Of a stretch of 64,000 bases of DNA, positions 11,123 to 23,229 are shown one piece after another. A program made the translations under genes and the position numbers. The first letter of the stretch is position 1, and every line of letters starts with the position of its first letter. The notes beneath the pieces were generated by a model, which ran no database searches, had not been told where the DNA came from, and saw only the letters and a list, made by a program, of their open reading frames with translations. The DNA is from a virus, in IMG/VR virus record IMGVR_UViG_3300035698_006717, positions 41,410-105,409 of that record. One strand, given 5' to 3'.

Positions 11123-11613
11123 CTTCAAAGAAGCTACCGCCTGAAACAACTTCTGATTATTATGGTAGCTACCCACAAGTCTTCAAGCATTTGAAGAAAC
11201 TAGGAGACAGAGACCAAGAGTGCGGTGTATTGGTCACTTTGGATAAGGGGTGCTTCTTAATCAAGAGGCACCTCATCTCCTTGGGTGGTTGGAATGAAGA
11301 CTCTACTGATCTCAAAGTTCTGTTTAATAGAATAGTTGCTGATAAGGCAAGTAGGTTCCTATTTGCTCACAATCACTCTAACGGAGTTGCTGCTGTAAGT
11401 AAACCTGATGTAAGATTTACCATAGCAGTAATATTCATAGCAGACTTGTTAGAAGTAGATTTTATGGATCACGTTATATTTCCTTACAAGAGGGAGCCTG
11501 TAAGTATTAAACAAAAGTATCCACAATTATTCAAGAGAAACTATCAAGAAGTATTCACAAAGGCAACTAACAAATTTCTACCAAAATATTATGAGCAAAC
11601 AGAGATTGAATGA
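11119..11613 (+). CDS. JAB/RadC-like metalloprotein
   Basis: DQE...LD, AHNHSNG...S.PD...T, DHVI motif pattern of RadC-like JAB domains. Confidence 0.85.
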   Translation: MTSKKLPPETTSDYYGSYPQVFKHLKKLGDRDQECGVLVTLDKGCFLIKRHLISLGGWNEDSTDLKVLFNRIVADKASRFLFAHNHSNGVAAVSKPDVRFTIAVIFIADLLEVDFMDHVIFPYKREPVSIKQKYPQLFKRNYQEVFTKATNKFLPKYYEQTEIE

Positions 11614-11832
11614 AATAGCTGCTAAATGGTATAAGTATATTGACGAACACGATAATTTGTATGGTCATGATATACCTGCTGTTAAATCCAATAAGTCAAG
11701 AAATCCACAAACGTCTGTTATACCAGCAACTCCAAAAGAGAAAGTGGTATACATTATCCGCTGCAATGTTTGTTGCCAGCTTGGTGATGCTGGAAGTGGT
11801 GCTGCCAAGATCTGTGACGCTTGCAGGAAATT

Positions 11833-11879
11833 AAAGTCATAACTCTTCAGGTAGTTCAACTGTATACTTCCTTATATAA
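11833..11879 (+). promoter_or_regulatory. repeated early promoter, copy 2
   Basis: AAAGTCA-TAACTC-17 nt-TATACT. Confidence 0.75.
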
Positions 11880-12055
11880 GCGACTAACCGAAGGGATTTG
11901 ATGATGGATGATAAGAAGCCGAGACTGGGAGAACAGCAAGTGTTTGGCCCGCAGTTTAGAGTCTATACTATGCGCGGCTGGGTTATTTGTGATACAAAAA
12001 AGGAAGTGGAATCTGAGATGCTTGAGATAGAGTCTATGTTGGAAAAGAAATAGAT

Positions 12056-12101
12056 AAAGTCATTACTCTTCAACTTAAATAGATATATATTACTTTTATA
12101 A
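12056..12101 (+). promoter_or_regulatory. repeated early promoter, copy 3
   Basis: AAAGTCA-TTACTC-17 nt-TATATT. Confidence 0.75.
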
Positions 12102-12232
12102 CTGGAAGGGATCTTATGCTAACTACCTATCACTTAACAGAGGAGTTTGAAAAAAGTCTGAGAAAGTATGAGAGACTCTGCCGAAAACTAAAGTTAATTT
12201 CCCATTAAACGCATTAACAAAAGGAGCCTATC

Positions 12233-12565
12233 ATGGCTGACAAGAAAACTAAGAAGACTGTTGCAAAAGCTAAGACGACTGAAGAAGCACCGCTTGAAGT
12301 TAAAAATGAGAAGAAGCTGGAAGGCTTGACGAATGCTACTGTGGCTACTGGTGTTATTTCCTTTAAAGATGGTTCGGGTTCGGCGGATCTTCTCTCTCTG
12401 ATTGTAAAGCACGGCTTCATCCGTGAGAAGGTTATTGAAGCTGGTGAGAAGCTGAAGCTGGCTGGTAAGGCTTTTGCTAAGTCTGACGTTACTGCTAAGT
12501 ATAACAAGGTTGCTGGGATCATAAAGAATCTCCAGAACGCTGGTTTTAAACTTCCTACTGCGTAG
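12233..12565 (+). CDS. basic, Lys/Ala-rich hypothetical protein (possible nucleic-acid binder)
   Basis: AAGGAG RBS; followed by two hairpins. Confidence 0.7.
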   Translation: MADKKTKKTVAKAKTTEEAPLEVKNEKKLEGLTNATVATGVISFKDGSGSADLLSLIVKHGFIREKVIEAGEKLKLAGKAFAKSDVTAKYNKVAGIIKNLQNAGFKLPTA

Positions 12566-12636
12566 CACTCTGGTCTTTTCCTTTCTTCCAGAGTGCCTGA
12601 GAGGGCAGAGCGTTGGGGTACGTTCTGTCCCTCTCT
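12564..12636 (+). terminator. tandem stem-loops after the 12233-12565 gene
   Basis: GCACTCTGG...CCAGAGTGC and GAGAGGGCAGAGCGT...ACGTTCTGTCCCTCTC. Confidence 0.55.
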
Positions 12637-14495
12637 TCACATTTAACTAAGGAGCATGTTATAATGCTATCGCATATCAAACGAAATTTTCAAGAGATTA
12701 AGGGGCTGATAACTCCTGATGATGTTAGTGGTGTAATTTCAGTATCAACTGATAATAATCGCAAAGCGTGTGAGATTGTTGATAAACTTCTCAAGCATGA
12801 AGCTGAAAAAGTCTACCAAGAAGTTAAGATTGATTGTTCAAGTTGCAATTTGGTATTAAATGGAGAACTAATAGTTGATCATGATTCAGATGGAAATTTT
12901 GGAATAAATTTCTGCCCAGTTTGTGGAATGGAACTGAATCATGAGGTTGATAGTATTGTTGAGGTAACACTTCATGTTAGTGTCACTCACAAGAAAAATG
13001 ATGATCCTGAAGACCTTGTTGGAGATTTTGACTTTGATGCAACTTCTCAGCGTAATATGAATATTGATATTAGTGATATAGATATTCAAGATACCAAACT
13101 TATAAGTACAGGGAATTGATTATGAGCAAATTAGAAAAACTATCTGAAGCCTATGGGATGACTATAGAAGAGATGCTAAAGCAGTCTGTAATGGATGGCT
13201 GTTCCCCTGCAATATGTATGAAGGAAGGATGTGATTACACTACTGATATGGAACCTGATCAAGAACGCGGGTACTGTGATGAGTGCGGAGCTAATTCTAT
13301 GAAGTCTGTCTGCATCATAGTGGGGATAATATAACATGTATTCAATAGTAAGATATTACTTTGATGATGAACACCCAGACAGCAAAAAGGTTATCAAGAC
13401 AGGACTAACTTTAGGAGAAGCTCAAGCCCATTGTAATCGAGAGGATACTCATGAGGATGGTGTTTGGTTTGATGGCTATGTGAAAGACTGAAAGGAACAT
13501 TATGGATATCAATAAAAGAGAAATTGAAGATATTAGGAAGATGGTAGATGCTGTTGAGGGATTCTCTAGGATGGTCAATAATATGGGCTTCTCAGAGAAA
13601 GAGTGTGCAGAGCGCGTTGCCAAGGAATTTGTAAGAAATCACAGAACTCTTCAGCAGAGTATGGTAAAATTCATAACTCAAGTTATTATTGAGATCCATA
13701 CTATTACAAAGGCTAGTCCTATTATGTTTGAGGATCTGAGGAATAAGGCTGCTATGGACTGGATTCACGATACTGCTGAAGATACTGTAAGTGCAGACCG
13801 TTACCCATTCCCTTTTGTTTGAAAGGAATTGAAAATGAATATTAGTACCCAAATTGATGCAGAAGCTATTATGATTGAAGCTATCAACGCAGCAAATGCT
13901 GCTGGAGAAGATAAGCTGAGACAGCTTATGGGAGAAGGCCCGCAATTTGATGTAAGGAATGGCGAACGTGTAGTTGGCCATATGTTAGATGTGTGCGGTG
14001 GAGCTTGGGTGAAGATACAAGATGGCAGAAGCCCTCTAATCAGCGCTCTGAAGAAGATTGGTGTTAAGGATGGTAGTGGTAGCTATAAGGCTCAGGACTA
14101 TTCTTGGTGGATTAGCAAGGCACATGGAACTGGGTATAACCTCAATATCAGAACTCAAATTAATCGTCAGGAAATGTCAGTTAATGTTGCTATTGCTAAC
14201 GCTGTAGTAACTGTACTTGCTATTCACGGATTTTCTTCTGGCGTTCACTCTTACGTTGATTAGGAGAAGGTTATGGAAAATGTTGCATCTAATGAGAGTG
14301 GGTGGTATGTTAATACCGAAGAGATGAAAATACTTTGGTGTTATAAGCGTGATGCTATTCCTAATGGAGCGGTTGTTCACAAGGTATGGTTTGATACGGC
14401 AAAAGAGTTCCGTCTATACCTACACTACCGTATGGATGAGACTGCAAGAACACTTGGTCTACTTATTAGTGATATGAAGGATATGGAAAAGAAAT

Positions 14496-15095
14496 ATGCT
14501 GAAAAAGCTGAAATTAAAAGTGAAGTGCAGGTCGGTTGACTGCCCAGCTTTTGAAGATTGTGAGCAGTTACCTACCATAGTAACTACCCATACGGGCAAG
14601 GTTGAGAAGCTGAGGTTTCTATTTGTTGGGGTATCCTCTGAAGAGGCTGCTTCACTACAGAAAGTTATCTCAGCAGTCACAGCTAAACTTGGAGCTGTCT
14701 TTAACTATGCGGTAACATATATGGTGCGTGATGATGTTCCTTTGAGATTCTATCTTGATAAGGAAAGCAAATGCTGCTATAAATATCTGTATAGAGATAT
14801 TGCATATTTGAAGCCTAATGTGATAGTTGCTCTAGGAATTGGCCCAAATAATTTACTCAATAAATTTGCTGGTGGAACTGAGTCTGGTTTCCCTGCAAGT
14901 AGTTTTCATGGTTCCCTATGGCCAAGCAATATAGGTGGATACCCAAATGAGATACCTATGCTGTATACTTACAATACTAGTTCTGGCAAGTTAAAGTCAA
15001 TTGCCAAAGATTTGATTAAGGTATATGGTTACTTGAAAGAATTCAAATGTAATCTAGACATCATAAAGATTTCAAAAATGGAGAATGAAAGATGA
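14496..15095 (+). CDS. uracil-DNA glycosylase family 4-like protein, catalytic motifs degenerate
   Basis: C..DCP N-terminus, FLFVG, C...L..DI..LKP.VIVALG; GEAPG replaced by GVSSE and TYHPS by TYNTS. Confidence 0.6.
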   Translation: MLKKLKLKVKCRSVDCPAFEDCEQLPTIVTTHTGKVEKLRFLFVGVSSEEAASLQKVISAVTAKLGAVFNYAVTYMVRDDVPLRFYLDKESKCCYKYLYRDIAYLKPNVIVALGIGPNNLLNKFAGGTESGFPASSFHGSLWPSNIGGYPNEIPMLYTYNTSSGKLKSIAKDLIKVYGYLKEFKCNLDIIKISKMENER

Positions 15096-15199
15096 ATGAT
15101 TACAATACCAAAGATAGGAAACTTGTATATATCAGCTGTGTAACATTTTGCGCAATAATTATTGTTTTGAGTTTAGCCCTGATATGGGAGGCGTTGTGA
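15092..15199 (+). CDS. 35-aa single-TM microprotein (MNDYNTKDRKLVYISCVTFCAIIIVLSLALIWEAL)
   Basis: ATGA overlap with the upstream stop and GTGA overlap with the next ORF (likely true start 15196). Confidence 0.5.
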   Translation: MNDYNTKDRKLVYISCVTFCAIIIVLSLALIWEAL

Positions 15200-15774
15200 G
15201 GATTTCAGAATTAGCTATGTGTTTGAAGGAACTAGAGATAATCAAGTGGCGCCTGATTAACGGAGATTTTATTGAGTGGGATGAGATGTTGTCTGGTAAA
15301 AGGAATTGGCTGAGCGAGAAGGATAGACCACCACAGTATTACCTTGTTAATGAATTCCCGTTCAATTCTGCTTTCTGTTACATGTTCAGAGACTATCAGA
15401 TTATAGATAGGAAGATTGTTAGATCTGGCAAGCCTTACAATACATTTAACTGTCTCTGCCCTCTGTGGCCAAAAGGTAAGAACTGCCATGATATTCACAA
15501 GCCTCAAAAATTCGTTATTGACCAGATTGAATCAATACCAATAGAGACTATTATGAAAATAATCAAGAAGATACCTCTACATAGGGAACAGCTGAAACTG
15601 AAGCACCTATCTAGTATTTGGAACTTTCATTTAAAGGATAAGGTAGTTGGAAGTAGCAACTCTTTGGGTAACGATCTCTAAGCCCCGTAGAGAGCTTGCA
15701 GCTATTATACCCTACTAGGATACCTCTAGACTATTTCAAGCGGTTTAAGGACTATTACAAGGAGCTTAAATAAG

Positions 15775-16812
15775 ATGAGAAAGGTAGATACGAAAGGGAG
15801 CGGTGAAAGATTGTGGAGTAAATTTGGGTTTGAATTTACTTTTGTACACAAGGCTCCATACTTTAATTGTAATGAAATTTCTTGTTCTAAATGCCCAGAG
15901 CGGCACAACGATGAGATATGCGGTAGTGTTCCTACTTCTACTTGCTATTATGATCAAATAGCTCCTTTCAGAAGAAAACTTCACATAGATAAATTCTTTC
16001 ACAGTACTAAAGTAAGTAATGATCAGTCTATTGAATTGAATACTCCACCTTTCAATTCCATAGATGATATCCATGAGTATTATTGCAAATTATCAAGTTT
16101 TATACAGCGTATGCCTTTTGTAGCTAAGTCAGATACTAGGTATGGAGGTGGCGGTCATATCCATGTAGAAATACCCAAGAGGATGATACATGATGAACTG
16201 TACAAGTTTAAGTTCTTTGTCAACTTGTTTTCTGATGTGAGTAATAGACCATATTTGAATTGGATGTTTAATGAATATGGTGATAACATATCTGCTGAGC
16301 CGTATTTGCTTAATGATGATTTGTGTGATAGTTGGAGTGATGATGTTGGTATGCATCTGATGAAATGTAAAGGTTTTGACTTTTGGAAGCCTGTTGGCGG
16401 TTATTGTATTACCAATAGCTGTGATTTTGGAAGACTAGAAGATTGTGATTGGGGAACAAAAGGAACCGCTATCAGCTATTCACCTGCACAGTATGAAAAA
16501 CCAGATACAATTGAGTTTAGGATATTTGACGCACAAGCTACTTGGGAAGAGCTACTGAGTCATGTATTATTTGTGAACAGATATCTACAGTATATAGATC
16601 AAATAACCAGAAAAAATGTCAGGATACCAGTTACAGTTAGGACTAGAAAACAAGTACTTGGGAAATCAGTAGCCAATAAGTGTGTTGGTGAATTCTATAA
16701 GTTCATCTCAGTTCTTGGGCTGCCAAGTTCCCTATACAGATACTGTGAGCAGAACTACTTGGATAGAAAAGCTATTGGGTGCTTGTTACCAGAATGGGTA
16801 GATGAATTATAA
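15775..16812 (+). CDS. putative amidoligase (COOH-NH2 ligase fold)
   Basis: FGFEF, IELNTPP, GGGHIHV, TIEFRIF motifs. Confidence 0.8.
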   Translation: MRKVDTKGSGERLWSKFGFEFTFVHKAPYFNCNEISCSKCPERHNDEICGSVPTSTCYYDQIAPFRRKLHIDKFFHSTKVSNDQSIELNTPPFNSIDDIHEYYCKLSSFIQRMPFVAKSDTRYGGGGHIHVEIPKRMIHDELYKFKFFVNLFSDVSNRPYLNWMFNEYGDNISAEPYLLNDDLCDSWSDDVGMHLMKCKGFDFWKPVGGYCITNSCDFGRLEDCDWGTKGTAISYSPAQYEKPDTIEFRIFDAQATWEELLSHVLFVNRYLQYIDQITRKNVRIPVTVRTRKQVLGKSVANKCVGEFYKFISVLGLPSSLYRYCEQNYLDRKAIGCLLPEWVDEL

Positions 16813-16813
16813 T

Positions 16814-16862
16814 AAAATCATAACTCTTCAGCTAATTCAGATATATACTACTTCTATACCCT
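16814..16862 (+). promoter_or_regulatory. repeated early promoter, copy 4
   Basis: AAAATCA-TAACTC-17 nt-TATACT. Confidence 0.75.
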
Positions 16863-16880
16863 TAAAGAGAGGAGCCTACT

Positions 16881-17270
16881 ATGGCTTGGAATCCTAGTAA
16901 GAAGAAGTGGGAAAGAGATCCAGAACTTCCTGCCCGTAATACCCTTAAGTGGATAGGGCTTACGAGTGAAGAGAAATATGACGTTAATCTTCAGTTGGGT
17001 CATAGCTGGGGATTCCAGAACGTAATACGTGACGTAGAGAACGCCCCGAATGTTGCTATTGAGAAATACTGTGGAGCCTTTCGTATGGGATTTGGGAAGA
17101 AGATAACTATTGATCCTGTTATCCGTAACGCTCTAAGAAAAGAGTTGATGAAGCGTTGCCGTGAAGGAATCTATATCTTTGCCTCTCGTAATGAGAAAAG
17201 AAAGCTGAGACCTGTAGCTCGTATGCATGATGGAGCACCGACTGGTAAACTCGTTAAAGAATCTGCCTGA
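16881..17270 (+). CDS. basic hypothetical early protein
   Basis: GAGGAG RBS after the promoter; hairpin GGGGGATT...AATCCCCC downstream. Confidence 0.7.
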   Translation: MAWNPSKKKWERDPELPARNTLKWIGLTSEEKYDVNLQLGHSWGFQNVIRDVENAPNVAIEKYCGAFRMGFGKKITIDPVIRNALRKELMKRCREGIYIFASRNEKRKLRPVARMHDGAPTGKLVKESA

Positions 17271-18727
17271 TGGCAACAGGGGGGATTGGGTGCTTATTGA
17301 AGCATCGGAATCCCCCCGTATTATTTGAAGGAGGGTTAATGCTATTCTGGTATTTTTGCGCGGCTCGCAACTCTGAACCTTGTTATACTGAATTAGATTC
17401 AGATGATGATCTAGATTTCAATTACAGAACTGGTGGTGATGGATTCTTTACTGTTGATATTTATGTGGGATATTGAAAGGATAGTGCTGTGAAGATTCAA
17501 GATCTAGAGAACGGAATGGTATCCATGACTAGGGTTAGCCCTATTGATGGGAAAGAGAATACCATGATTATTGTATTGGATATGATCAGCTTTATGGCCT
17601 CGCATGCTATATGGGTAGGAGGTACGGATGTGCAAGGTGCTTTCCCTACCCTATCTGCAGATGAGCGTGAATTCATACGTATTGGCATCACACCTGATCA
17701 GTCTAAGGAGATGTATGAAGATGAAGAAGTTTAAAGTTAATGGAGAATGCTTTTGCGAGGGAGGGACTTATGAGGCTCGTTCTCCTATGGAGGCTATGTA
17801 CAAGCATCTCAAAGATGAGAAGAATATAAGTTTGGAGTGTTTCATGGAACCTATATTTAGTGGTAATGTAAAATTAACCACTATAATAGATGGAATAACT
17901 GTTTGCGGCGGTTATGAGATAAGGGAGATGAAGTAATGAAAATAGTATCTCCCAAAACAAAAGTAGAATACATAGTAAGATGGCAGAAATTCGGATGGGT
18001 AGGATCTGCTATCAATGTGTATGTTAAGAAGAAGCTATTTAGTAAGATACCTTACAAGAAGCGTGTATGGCAGATATTTGGAGAAACTTTCTATGATATG
18101 GAAAGGATGTTCCCTGACAAGCTAACAGAACTATTCCATAAAGCCATGAATGAATATGAAGAGTATGTAGAGGCTTGGAATAATTCATTAAACAAAGGAG
18201 ATTGAATGCTGACACCAAAAGACTATCTGACCGCTCTTGATGTTCAAGATGCTTGTAATCTTTCAGGCGTTGTCCTCTCATTTATGGGAGCTTTGGACAA
18301 GATTAGAGAGGAAGTGAAGGATACAGATAAGATCAATAAGCATCCTATATGCGTTCTATATTCTGACAAGATTGCTCACCTAACAGGAACTCAATCTTAT
18401 GCTGTTACTGCTGTAAGTGAAGCATATCAGGCCTGTCACGATAGGAGTCCTGAATGAAAGGATACAAAGTATTTGACTATGTACTACCTGTTTGGTCAAT
18501 CTGTCCTCTAGTAAATGCTGATACATCTTCAACTACTGATGAGGATGATAAGAAGCTTGATAAGTTTCAGGAATGCCTTAATGTCAATATGGAAACTCTG
18601 GAGGCCAAATCTTGGACAATAGATTGGCCAGATTCTGTTGATTCTGCCAAGTACTTTTCTACATATAATGAAGTTGATGGCTATCTTGGAGCAGACGTTG
18701 TTGGTGTAAAGATCTACTTTTTCTATT

Positions 18728-18781
18728 AAAGTCATAACTCGTCAGCTCATTCAAAGGTATATTCTCTTTATACCCGAACCG
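18728..18781 (+). promoter_or_regulatory. repeated early promoter, copy 5
   Basis: AAAGTCA-TAACTC-17 nt-TATATT ... TATACCCGAACCG. Confidence 0.8.
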
Positions 18782-19919
18782 ATAGGAGTCTGATATGACT
18801 GATGGAGAGAAGAAGATTGTTGAGGATTTCGTTCACCATGATATTAGAGATGAGCCTCATGTAATGACAACTATCGGAGATGTGTTTGATGATGTTAATG
18901 TATTTATGAAGAATATTACTGATATTCATAGAGAAGAGAATCGGTTGCTGAAACTTTTGAGAAGCGGAGGGATAGGTGCTTGAATTTTCTGATGGAATGA
19001 GTATTGATACTTCTGGTGATCTGAGAGTAATCTATAAGTCTGATGGATACTATGTTGTAGGTAATGGAATGATGTGCCCTGTGGATAGTCCTGAAGAAGG
19101 CAAAAGTCTGATGGAAGGGATGTCAAAAGATGGGTCAGCCACTAGGTAATGGAGGGTTTATACTTGATAAGCCTCCTGAGATTAACGCCTTCCGTTTGTT
19201 GGCGTTGAAGGGAAGACTAAAGCTTGAAGTGAATACTGGCCTGAAGTTTAGTTCTCGTGGCCCAGCAACTGGTAATATGGTAAGGAAGGAAATTGGTTCA
19301 ACTACTCGTAGTAAGGCAAAGCTGTTGGCTGAATTTGAGACATACTTGAGACAACTAGGTGTATTGAATGATGGGAAGGAGTAACCTATGAAGTTTATGC
19401 TCATACTGATATCTGTTCTATTATTTACCATTAATTCATATTCCGCTGAAATTGAAACATTTGTAACCTTGAGTAATAATCCTGATGCTGGTTGCGTGTT
19501 GATTACCTATTTGGATTATAGGCTATCTGAGGATGAGCCAAATACATATTCTTTGGTAAAGCTGTATGCTGAAGGGTGGAGGTTGGTTCAAGTAATCAGC
19601 ATACCATCTTATAGAAGCAACTTATATGTTTACTACATGGAAAGGATCGGAAAGTGATTTATTATGCAATCCGTACAAAGTACTCTTCAGGAGTCAAAGG
19701 CTCCAGATGTATGGCTAGAGAGGCTGATGGTAGATCAGTATATATACCTTGGGGGTATGAAGTTAATTGTGACAAGAATCATCAGAATGCTGTGAGGAAA
19801 CTTTGTGAGAAGTTAGGATTGTATGGTAAGCTTGCGTCAGGGTCTTTTAAGGGAGAGTTTGTTCACGTCTTTGTAGAAAGATATTACCAATCTAAGTGTA
19901 TTGAATTTGTTAACTAAAG

Positions 19920-19973
19920 AAAGTCATTACTCGTCAGGTGTTTCAGGTATATCTTACCCTTATACCCGAACCG
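19920..19973 (+). promoter_or_regulatory. repeated early promoter, copy 6
   Basis: AAAGTCA-TTACTC-17 nt-TATCTT ... TATACCCGAACCG. Confidence 0.8.
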
Positions 19974-19986
19974 AGGAGAGCTGATT

Positions 19987-20313
19987 ATGGAACTGCCGAA
20001 GAATGTTTGCGCATCGCTGGCTGATAAGAAGCTAATAGTTGATGAGACTAAGAAACTTCTTGCTTATGCGCATGTTGCTGATGATAACCTTACTTGGCGC
20101 TTCCTAGCGGAGATGTTGGAGAATTCCTGCCGAGCTAATGCTGTTATTCAACTAGATTATTCCGAAGATGGTAGAGAAGGAAATAAGACTTGGTATATTA
20201 TAGAAGGGATGGGGATGGGTGAGAAGTTCCTCTATATTGACTGTTCTAAGGCTGATACTCCTAATTGGGAATATTCTTGGAGTGCTATCTATGATTTGAG
20301 AGATGAGAACTGA
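19987..20313 (+). CDS. acidic hypothetical early protein
   Basis: GAGGAG RBS after the promoter. Confidence 0.7.
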   Translation: MELPKNVCASLADKKLIVDETKKLLAYAHVADDNLTWRFLAEMLENSCRANAVIQLDYSEDGREGNKTWYIIEGMGMGEKFLYIDCSKADTPNWEYSWSAIYDLRDEN

Positions 20314-21376
20314 TTATGATCTCAAATTGGAAGTGGAATTTAGTAATGAGATGTATGGGTACGTGGATGGATTGGTATAGAATAGGGTATGGTGAATGGT
20401 TGGGGGGAGAGCTGGTTACTCTTCCCCCGTTTTTACATGAAAGTATTTATCATGGATGTTATGACTGCTCCCTTGGAAGAACTACAAGCGTATGTTGACT
20501 TCTTACATGAGGAGTGGGTAGATGATCTATTCTATTCAATATATGATGTAGTTGCTGAAGAACGCAACCGTGTTGAATCTATCATAGAGTTGAGATCTAA
20601 CCCCTGAAAGGATTTATCATGGAATTCAGAGGATTAACCAAACAGATGATCATCCCTATCGCTAGGCGGGAGGCTAATTTGTGTAACGCTTGGTGGATAC
20701 TAAGAAACGCTCAGAAAGCTAATAATCCTGAAATTACTGCTCAAATGAAAGCTATGGCTAAAGACTTCATAGCTAGAAAGGACACGTGAATGGCTCTGTC
20801 AAAGATGGATAAGAAGGTACTTGCTGATATGTATAATTCTCTAAGAGCAACTATAATGGCTTGCGCTTCAGAAAGTATTGCTTGTGTCAGGTAAGCTGAT
20901 GCTTGTGATAGTGTTGTACATGATAACATTAAGATATGGATGGACAAAGATGACTAAAATTCAGATAGTCCCAAGAATAGGTGATATTGTTATAGTCAAT
21001 TACAAATATATGGTAGCTGATCAAGAGTCTAGTCAGTTTGTTGATTATATATTCAAGCACGTTGCTTTTGCTGGCGCTATTTCTTCATGGAGGTACTGCT
21101 CTACTAAGCCAAGCCTAAGTAGTGTTGTTGTTACATTTGGTACTGTTCAATTTAATTTCTCCGTCATCGAGCTTATTTGGACAGGACTCAATATAGGATC
21201 TGAAAATCCTCATTATGTTGAAGTAAACTACCTATAATCTTCAAACTCCTAGGAAGCCCGTAGAGCTTAGACAAGATCTAACCCTATCCTAGTACGCCTA
21301 AACCCCTTTCAAGACCGTAGCGAGCCGCCTAGGAGCTTGTAATAGGCTTGTAGGTATAGAACCGAACCCGTAAAAG

Positions 21377-21430
21377 AAAGACATTACTATTCAGTCAGTT
21401 CAGATATACCTTATACCTATACCCGAACCG
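21377..21430 (+). promoter_or_regulatory. repeated early promoter, copy 7
   Basis: AAAGACA-TTACTA-17 nt-TACCTT ... TATACCCGAACCG. Confidence 0.75.
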
Positions 21431-22134
21431 ATAGGAGATGAAAGATGGCTAGGATTTTTTGGGACGCCATAGTAGGTGAAGTATTCTTACCCTTGTGGTA
21501 TCGGATATTTTGTAGAACAGTTTGTAAGATTTTTAGTCACAAACCTATGCGTAGCTTCCCTCCTGATTCAAATAGTAGTAATTGTATTGATACCTATTGT
21601 GAACGATGTGGCAAGTATTTGAACTAACCCCTAGGAGAAGATGAAATGAATAAGCAGGAAGTGAAAGATAAGCTGTTGTACTTTGTTCGTCAGTACGGAA
21701 GACGTATTTCCTTGCCAGGTATATATAGTGATGCCTCTGGTATAGGTTCTTTGAGGACTGAAGGTTGTTCTTGTTGTGCTACTTCCTTTAGGTATTCAAA
21801 ACACGATTGTGATGAAAATGACGCTGCAGATGAAATAATTCAATCCTTTACCATGGATGAACAAATAGAAATTGTTAAGGAGAGCTTGAAAGCAACTATC
21901 AAAGAGTACGGCCTTACCCCTTCTGACTTGGAGTAATACCCTAATAACCCTTGAAAGGTGTTAAAATGATTAGATACACTATAAAGCAAGTAGTTATGTA
22001 GCTGTAACAAACCTTATTTATGAACAGCTACGGTGTACACCAGCTGATCTAACAAAAATTCAAAAGAAATTGCTTATAGCTTGTAATAACATGCTAGAAC
22101 TACTCAGAACAATAAAAAAGGAGGTAGAATCAAA

Positions 22135-23127
22135 ATGAGCAAAAATGATAATGAAGAGTGGACAACAGAAAAAGCTCTCAAGGCTTTTGCTAGCCATAGG
22201 TTTAGAGGCATTAATGTAAAAACAAAAGAAAGTATGAGGAGCATTTTGGATAAACTCAATCTAACAAAAGATCAATTGAAGAAACTCAACCTACTAGAAA
22301 AATCAATTCTCAAATGGGAGCAAAATCAACTTATAGCTTCAGAGATGTCAACATTCACAGATCCAGAGAACTACCCACTCCTAAAGGGACAATTCATTAT
22401 AGAAGCAGATACTTGCCCTCTATGCGTAGAATACAATATTGGCTTAACAAATAATAAGATATGCTTAGAGTGCCCTATCTATCAGATGAACAGTAACCAT
22501 AGAGTGTGTAGAGGTACACCTTATATGACGGTAAGCAGATTCATGCTATCTCCAATTCCCAATTGGGAAGGTGTACATTCCGCTTCAAAAGCAGAGGTAG
22601 TCTTTCTTAATCGAGTTAAGAAAGAACTCATACTATCCTATGAATCACCTCCCCACGTAAGGAATAGCAAGAATACCCCTATTACGTTATATAACAGTAA
22701 TTGCGTACCAGTGTTGTCCTTAGATTGTGATGAAGAGAATGAATCTATGGTAGAAGTAAGAGATGTTAAGGATGGTATGATAATAGGTGAGTTAGAGGTT
22801 GATATGTGTTCTACTGAATACTTAGATTGCATAGACAATATACTACCCTCAGACTCAGAGTTTGCACAGATTAAGGATTGGGACAAAGCAATTGAGAAGG
22901 AAAAGAAGCAATTATTGACTTTCTCTCTAATAGCCCCAAACCTTTGGACTGACACCGATACTGAAAGGTTCTCTATCTATGCTTTTGAGAAGACTAATGG
23001 TAAGACAGGAGTCAAGTATATGGCTTATAATATATTTGATAATGAAGAGCAGAAGGTGATAGGTAAGGACTCTAAGTTGTATACATTTACTGCTGCTGCT
23101 GAGTATGTTAATAACAAGAAGTGGTAG
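22135..23127 (+). CDS. hypothetical protein with Cys-rich domain
   Basis: AGGAGG RBS; CPLC...CLECPI...C motif. Confidence 0.7.
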   Translation: MSKNDNEEWTTEKALKAFASHRFRGINVKTKESMRSILDKLNLTKDQLKKLNLLEKSILKWEQNQLIASEMSTFTDPENYPLLKGQFIIEADTCPLCVEYNIGLTNNKICLECPIYQMNSNHRVCRGTPYMTVSRFMLSPIPNWEGVHSASKAEVVFLNRVKKELILSYESPPHVRNSKNTPITLYNSNCVPVLSLDCDEENESMVEVRDVKDGMIIGELEVDMCSTEYLDCIDNILPSDSEFAQIKDWDKAIEKEKKQLLTFSLIAPNLWTDTDTERFSIYAFEKTNGKTGVKYMAYNIFDNEEQKVIGKDSKLYTFTAAAEYVNNKKW

Positions 23128-23229
23128 ATGTACTACTATCTTGCTACTATGTGGTATACTAGGGAGTAGTGAACATCACTTAGGCATTTTGACTACTGTG
23201 TGGTATGATACTATTATACTATTATGTGA

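Noticed and set aside
12564-12636. tRNA or structured ncRNA
   Set aside because: Only two simple hairpins; no cloverleaf, T-loop or CCA end
15092-15200. Frameshift joining MITIPKIG... to ORF 15148-15681
   Set aside because: Better explained by a 35-aa TM gene with ATGA/GTGA overlaps and a GTG start at 15196
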